A stretch of DNA of 19,970 bases, from contig JBHGNT010000583.1 in NCBI GenBank assembly GCA_043228905.1, forward strand, positions 1-19,970, written 5' to 3'. Position numbers and translations under genes: made by a program. The stretch comes from Azolla caroliniana (lineage: Eukaryota; Plantae; Polypodiophyta). Below, piece after piece: positions 17,619 through 19,970 of the stretch (positions are counted from its first letter, which is position 1; every line of letters starts with the position of its first letter). Below the pieces are notes generated by a model, which was not told where the DNA came from, ran no database searches, and saw only the letters and a list, made by a program, of their open reading frames with translations.

Positions 17619-18086
17619 TAGTTGAATTTATATTTCTATCATTGTACTTTTACATGTAAATTCTCATACATGAGAGCTAAAATGAGTGACATGGTTATCA
17701 TGCACCACATGTAATACATAAGCGCCAAATGGCAAACATGCATTTTATGCATGTCTTGTACCCTCAAATGCATCATATGCATGAGAGCATCTATAAAAGG
17801 AGGGGGGAGGAGGAAAAACACGTTTTTTTTTTGTTATGAAATTAAGAAGAAGAAATTTGTTATCAAATTGATCGTGTAACTTGTTTCTTAAATCCAAAAA
17901 TAAAAGTTCAATCAATCGCTCTCAATCGTTTAATCTCAACTTCTCTCTTTCCCAATCTATCTTAAGTACTTTCTCGCTAAAGCTTGCGCCAAAGCTTGTA
18001 TCGACTTTGAATCCTTCCGGTCCAGAACCCCGACGGTTCCGCCTCACGATCCGCGCGTAGTGACGGATCTTCACGACATAATTAAG

Positions 18087-18104
18087 TGGTGAACCCGACG
18101 TGAA
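18087..18104 (+). promoter_or_regulatory. Primer-binding site complementary to cytosolic tRNA-Trp
   Basis: TGGTGAACCCGACGTGAA is the reverse complement of TTCACGTCGGGTTCACCA, the 3' end of plant tRNA-Trp(CCA) as I recall it. Confidence 0.8.
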
Positions 18105-18145
18105 AGAGGTGGTAGGAAAGATCAAGTTGAGATTAATAGTTGGAG

Positions 18146-19970
18146 ATGGCATCCTCAAGCAACCAAGCGGGAGAGCTCGAAAGGATGATGCTAATCGTCG
18201 AGCAAATGATGAGATCTCGGGACAACGACGTGAGCGTGGAGAAGGTTGTCGATCGTGTCGTAGAGCTCAAGGGCCAATTCGATGGAAGGAGCGTTACGAA
18301 GTTCCTTGATGCATATAGAAGGGAGATGAATCAGAGGGACGTGCCCGAGGCACGTCAAATCGTAAGCTTCAAGAGAGTTGTCGCCAACAACATCCAAAGA
18401 CGCGTCATCGAGCTTCAAGAAGGTAAGACAACATGGTTCGAGTTCGAGAAAACGATACTAGCGGAGTTCATGACTGAAGACTCAACGAGGATGACTCGAA
18501 ATGCCCTGATGAAGTGGATAGAGAAGAAGAATAAGAAGATGAGCGTCTCGAGGGTGTACGACGAATTCGACCAGATGTTTAGTCGTCTCCCCAATACGGA
18601 CCAAGTGTTGCTTGAAGAGGACAAGACTTTGTACTTCTTGAAGGCCGTGGACATAAAGGATAGACGGGAGTTGGGGACTCTTCTCGAAGATGATACTCAA
18701 GCAAATGGGCTCGTAACGGACTGGATCACGGTGAAGCGGGCATGCAATAGGCTCGACAAGCGTCGCCAATGGGTTGATGACACCAACTTGACGCGATCGA
18801 CTACCATGGAGAAAGCAAGACCGCCGAAAGTAGTTGAGCCGCCAAGACAAAGTAACGTGGAAGAAAAGAAGATTGATGACGACATCATTGAAGAGCTAGC
18901 GAAGAAGTTCGAGAAGGTCATGCTAGCCAACATGAATCGTCGGGGCCCTAAAGGAAAAGAACCCTTTAGATGTGTGTGGTGCGATAGCATGGACCACATG
19001 AGAAGGGATTGTGCGAGCCTTCGAGAGGCGATTCGACAAAATATCGTATACATAGAGGACAACATGATCTGCTCAAGCGAGACTAGAAGATCCCTACGGG
19101 TGAATTTCGGAAGAGGAGGAATGAAGAAATCTATGGAGGATGCCGATGCGACTCATGTGGATGCGATGCACTATGCTGCGTCAGCCGGAATAAGAGTCGG
19201 GAAAGACAAGACTAAAGCTGCGAGAGCGGGAGCAAAGTTTTGGACTTCCGTTCTCGAATATGAGAAGAAGGGAAAAGTCACATCGAACGAGGTAGAGCTT
19301 GCGGACCGAAGCGTGCAAAGCATAACCGGGTGGTCGGATCCAGTGGACGACAACACCATACTCGCAGAGGTGATGTGCGACAACTACGAGGTGTTCGCCG
19401 AAGAAAAAAGAAAGAGAATAGAAGAGCAAGGCCCATCAAAAAGACATGAAACAAGGAATGCGAAAAAGAAGGATGATGCGGAGACGAGTCGACCTTTACA
19501 AACAGAGGAACGAGAATCAAGCCGAAAAGGGGAACCGAGCATACGAGTTGAAGAAACAGTTCGGCCCGTGAAGGTTGGTGTCGAAGACCCCGCTCGGAGG
19601 ACAAGGACTATACCTACCTATAAGCTAAGGTCGGACATAGAGCAGACGACGGACCTAAAGAAGATTCTCGAAGAACGAGTTCTTGATAACCACGTAACTT
19701 TGTCCTTGAGGGAATTGCTTGGCATTACGAAGAAGGAGTTCCATGACACAATCGTGGACCTTGTAAAGAGAAAGAGACAACAATCAGACGAGGAAGAAGA
19801 GAAGCCGCAAAAAGCAAAAACGAATGCTGTAACGATGGCAAGAGACGAAGTCGATGAAGATATGGTGGACAACCACTATACTCGACCTCATTGGGCACGG
19901 GCGACAACGGAGAAGCCGGTGAAGATCGGGGAGAAGAAAGAGACCGTGGTAGCCTTGATCGACCACGACT
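18146..19970 (+). CDS. Gypsy gag-protease polyprotein, open to the window end (608 codons, absent from the ORF track)
   Basis: ATG 18146 MASSSNQAGELER...GQFDGRSVTKFLDAY...TWFEFEKTILAEF..., zinc knuckle CVWCDSMDHMRRDC, YKLRSDIE...VTLSLRELLGI, then HWARATTE...VVALIDHD at the protease start. No stop found on manual translation. Confidence 0.9.
   Translation, partial: MASSSNQAGELERMMLIVEQMMRSRDNDVSVEKVVDRVVELKGQFDGRSVTKFLDAYRREMNQRDVPEARQIVSFKRVVANNIQRRVIELQEGKTTWFEFEKTILAEFMTEDSTRMTRNALMKWIEKKNKKMSVSRVYDEFDQMFSRLPNTDQVLLEEDKTLYFLKAVDIKDRRELGTLLEDDTQANGLVTDWITVKRACNRLDKRRQWVDDTNLTRSTTMEKARPPKVVEPPRQSNVEEKKIDDDIIEELAKKFEKVMLANMNRRGPKGKEPFRCVWCDSMDHMRRDCASLREAIRQNIVYIEDNMICSSETRRSLRVNFGRGGMKKSMEDADATHVDAMHYAASAGIRVGKDKTKAARAGAKFWTSVLEYEKKGKVTSNEVELADRSVQSITGWSDPVDDNTILAEVMCDNYEVFAEEKRKRIEEQGPSKRHETRNAKKKDDAETSRPLQTEERESSRKGEPSIRVEETVRPVKVGVEDPARRTRTIPTYKLRSDIEQTTDLKKILEERVLDNHVTLSLRELLGITKKEFHDTIVDLVKRKRQQSDEEEEKPQKAKTNAVTMARDEVDEDMVDNHYTRPHWARATTEKPVKIGEKKETVVALIDHD

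Larger units (their letters stand above)
16958..18078 (+). repeat. Putative 5' LTR of the gypsy (~1.1 kb)
   Basis: TG start, TATA box CTATAAAA at 17791-17798, AATAAA near 17899, and ...CACGACA end before the PBS. No partner LTR in the window, so boundaries are approximate. Confidence 0.65.
16958..19970 (+). mobile_element. Ty3/gypsy LTR retrotransposon, 5' part (non-chromovirus, possibly Phygy/Selgy-like)
   Basis: LTR-like region, tRNA-Trp PBS and a long gag-PR frame. The left boundary is inferred from loss of copy C homology and a TGTGAAAATCC start resembling the reverse complement of GGATCTTCAC near the LTR end. Confidence 0.85.

Noticed and set aside
18191-19966. Many minus-strand ORFs opposite the gypsy gag, and plus-strand ORFs opposite the copia genes
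   Set aside because: These are antisense shadows of real coding frames, with no recognisable motifs.

Overview
Eukaryotic, repeat-only window, very likely a land plant and probably a non-seed lineage (inferred from the Ty3/gypsy type). No intact host gene is visible. The standard content is nested LTR retrotransposons: a near-complete young Ty1/copia (11291-16642, minus strand, CCGAC target-site duplication), a truncated second copia (5666-7558), a gypsy pol fragment (4192-5109), a gypsy LTR fragment (5110-5670), and the 5' part of a gypsy with a tRNA-Trp primer site and an open gag-PR frame running off the window end (about 16958-19970). The unusual content is the AT-rich DNA between these elements. 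It holds three degraded copies (A 1279/1632-3364, B 8034-10942, C 10990-16951) of a spliced, intron-containing gene. Overlapping the copies reconstructs a protein with NLS-like motifs, an unknown N-terminal domain, a ParB/Srx-like domain, a helical region, a complete beta-class N6-adenine/N4-cytosine DNA methyltransferase domain (DVPY...FSGT[G]) and an acidic tail. Copy A lies head-to-head with the N-terminal half of a Sola-like/DUF7869-type transposase. Copies A and B each carry a ~51-bp-period array of 9-7-9 palindromes (GAACTCGAT-N7-ATCGAGTTC) just downstream of the first exon. My best interpretation is a plant DNA transposon family carrying a phage-type ParB-amino-methyltransferase cargo with its own cis array. 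All copies here are pseudogenised, and family assignments rest on motif recognition by eye, not database searches.
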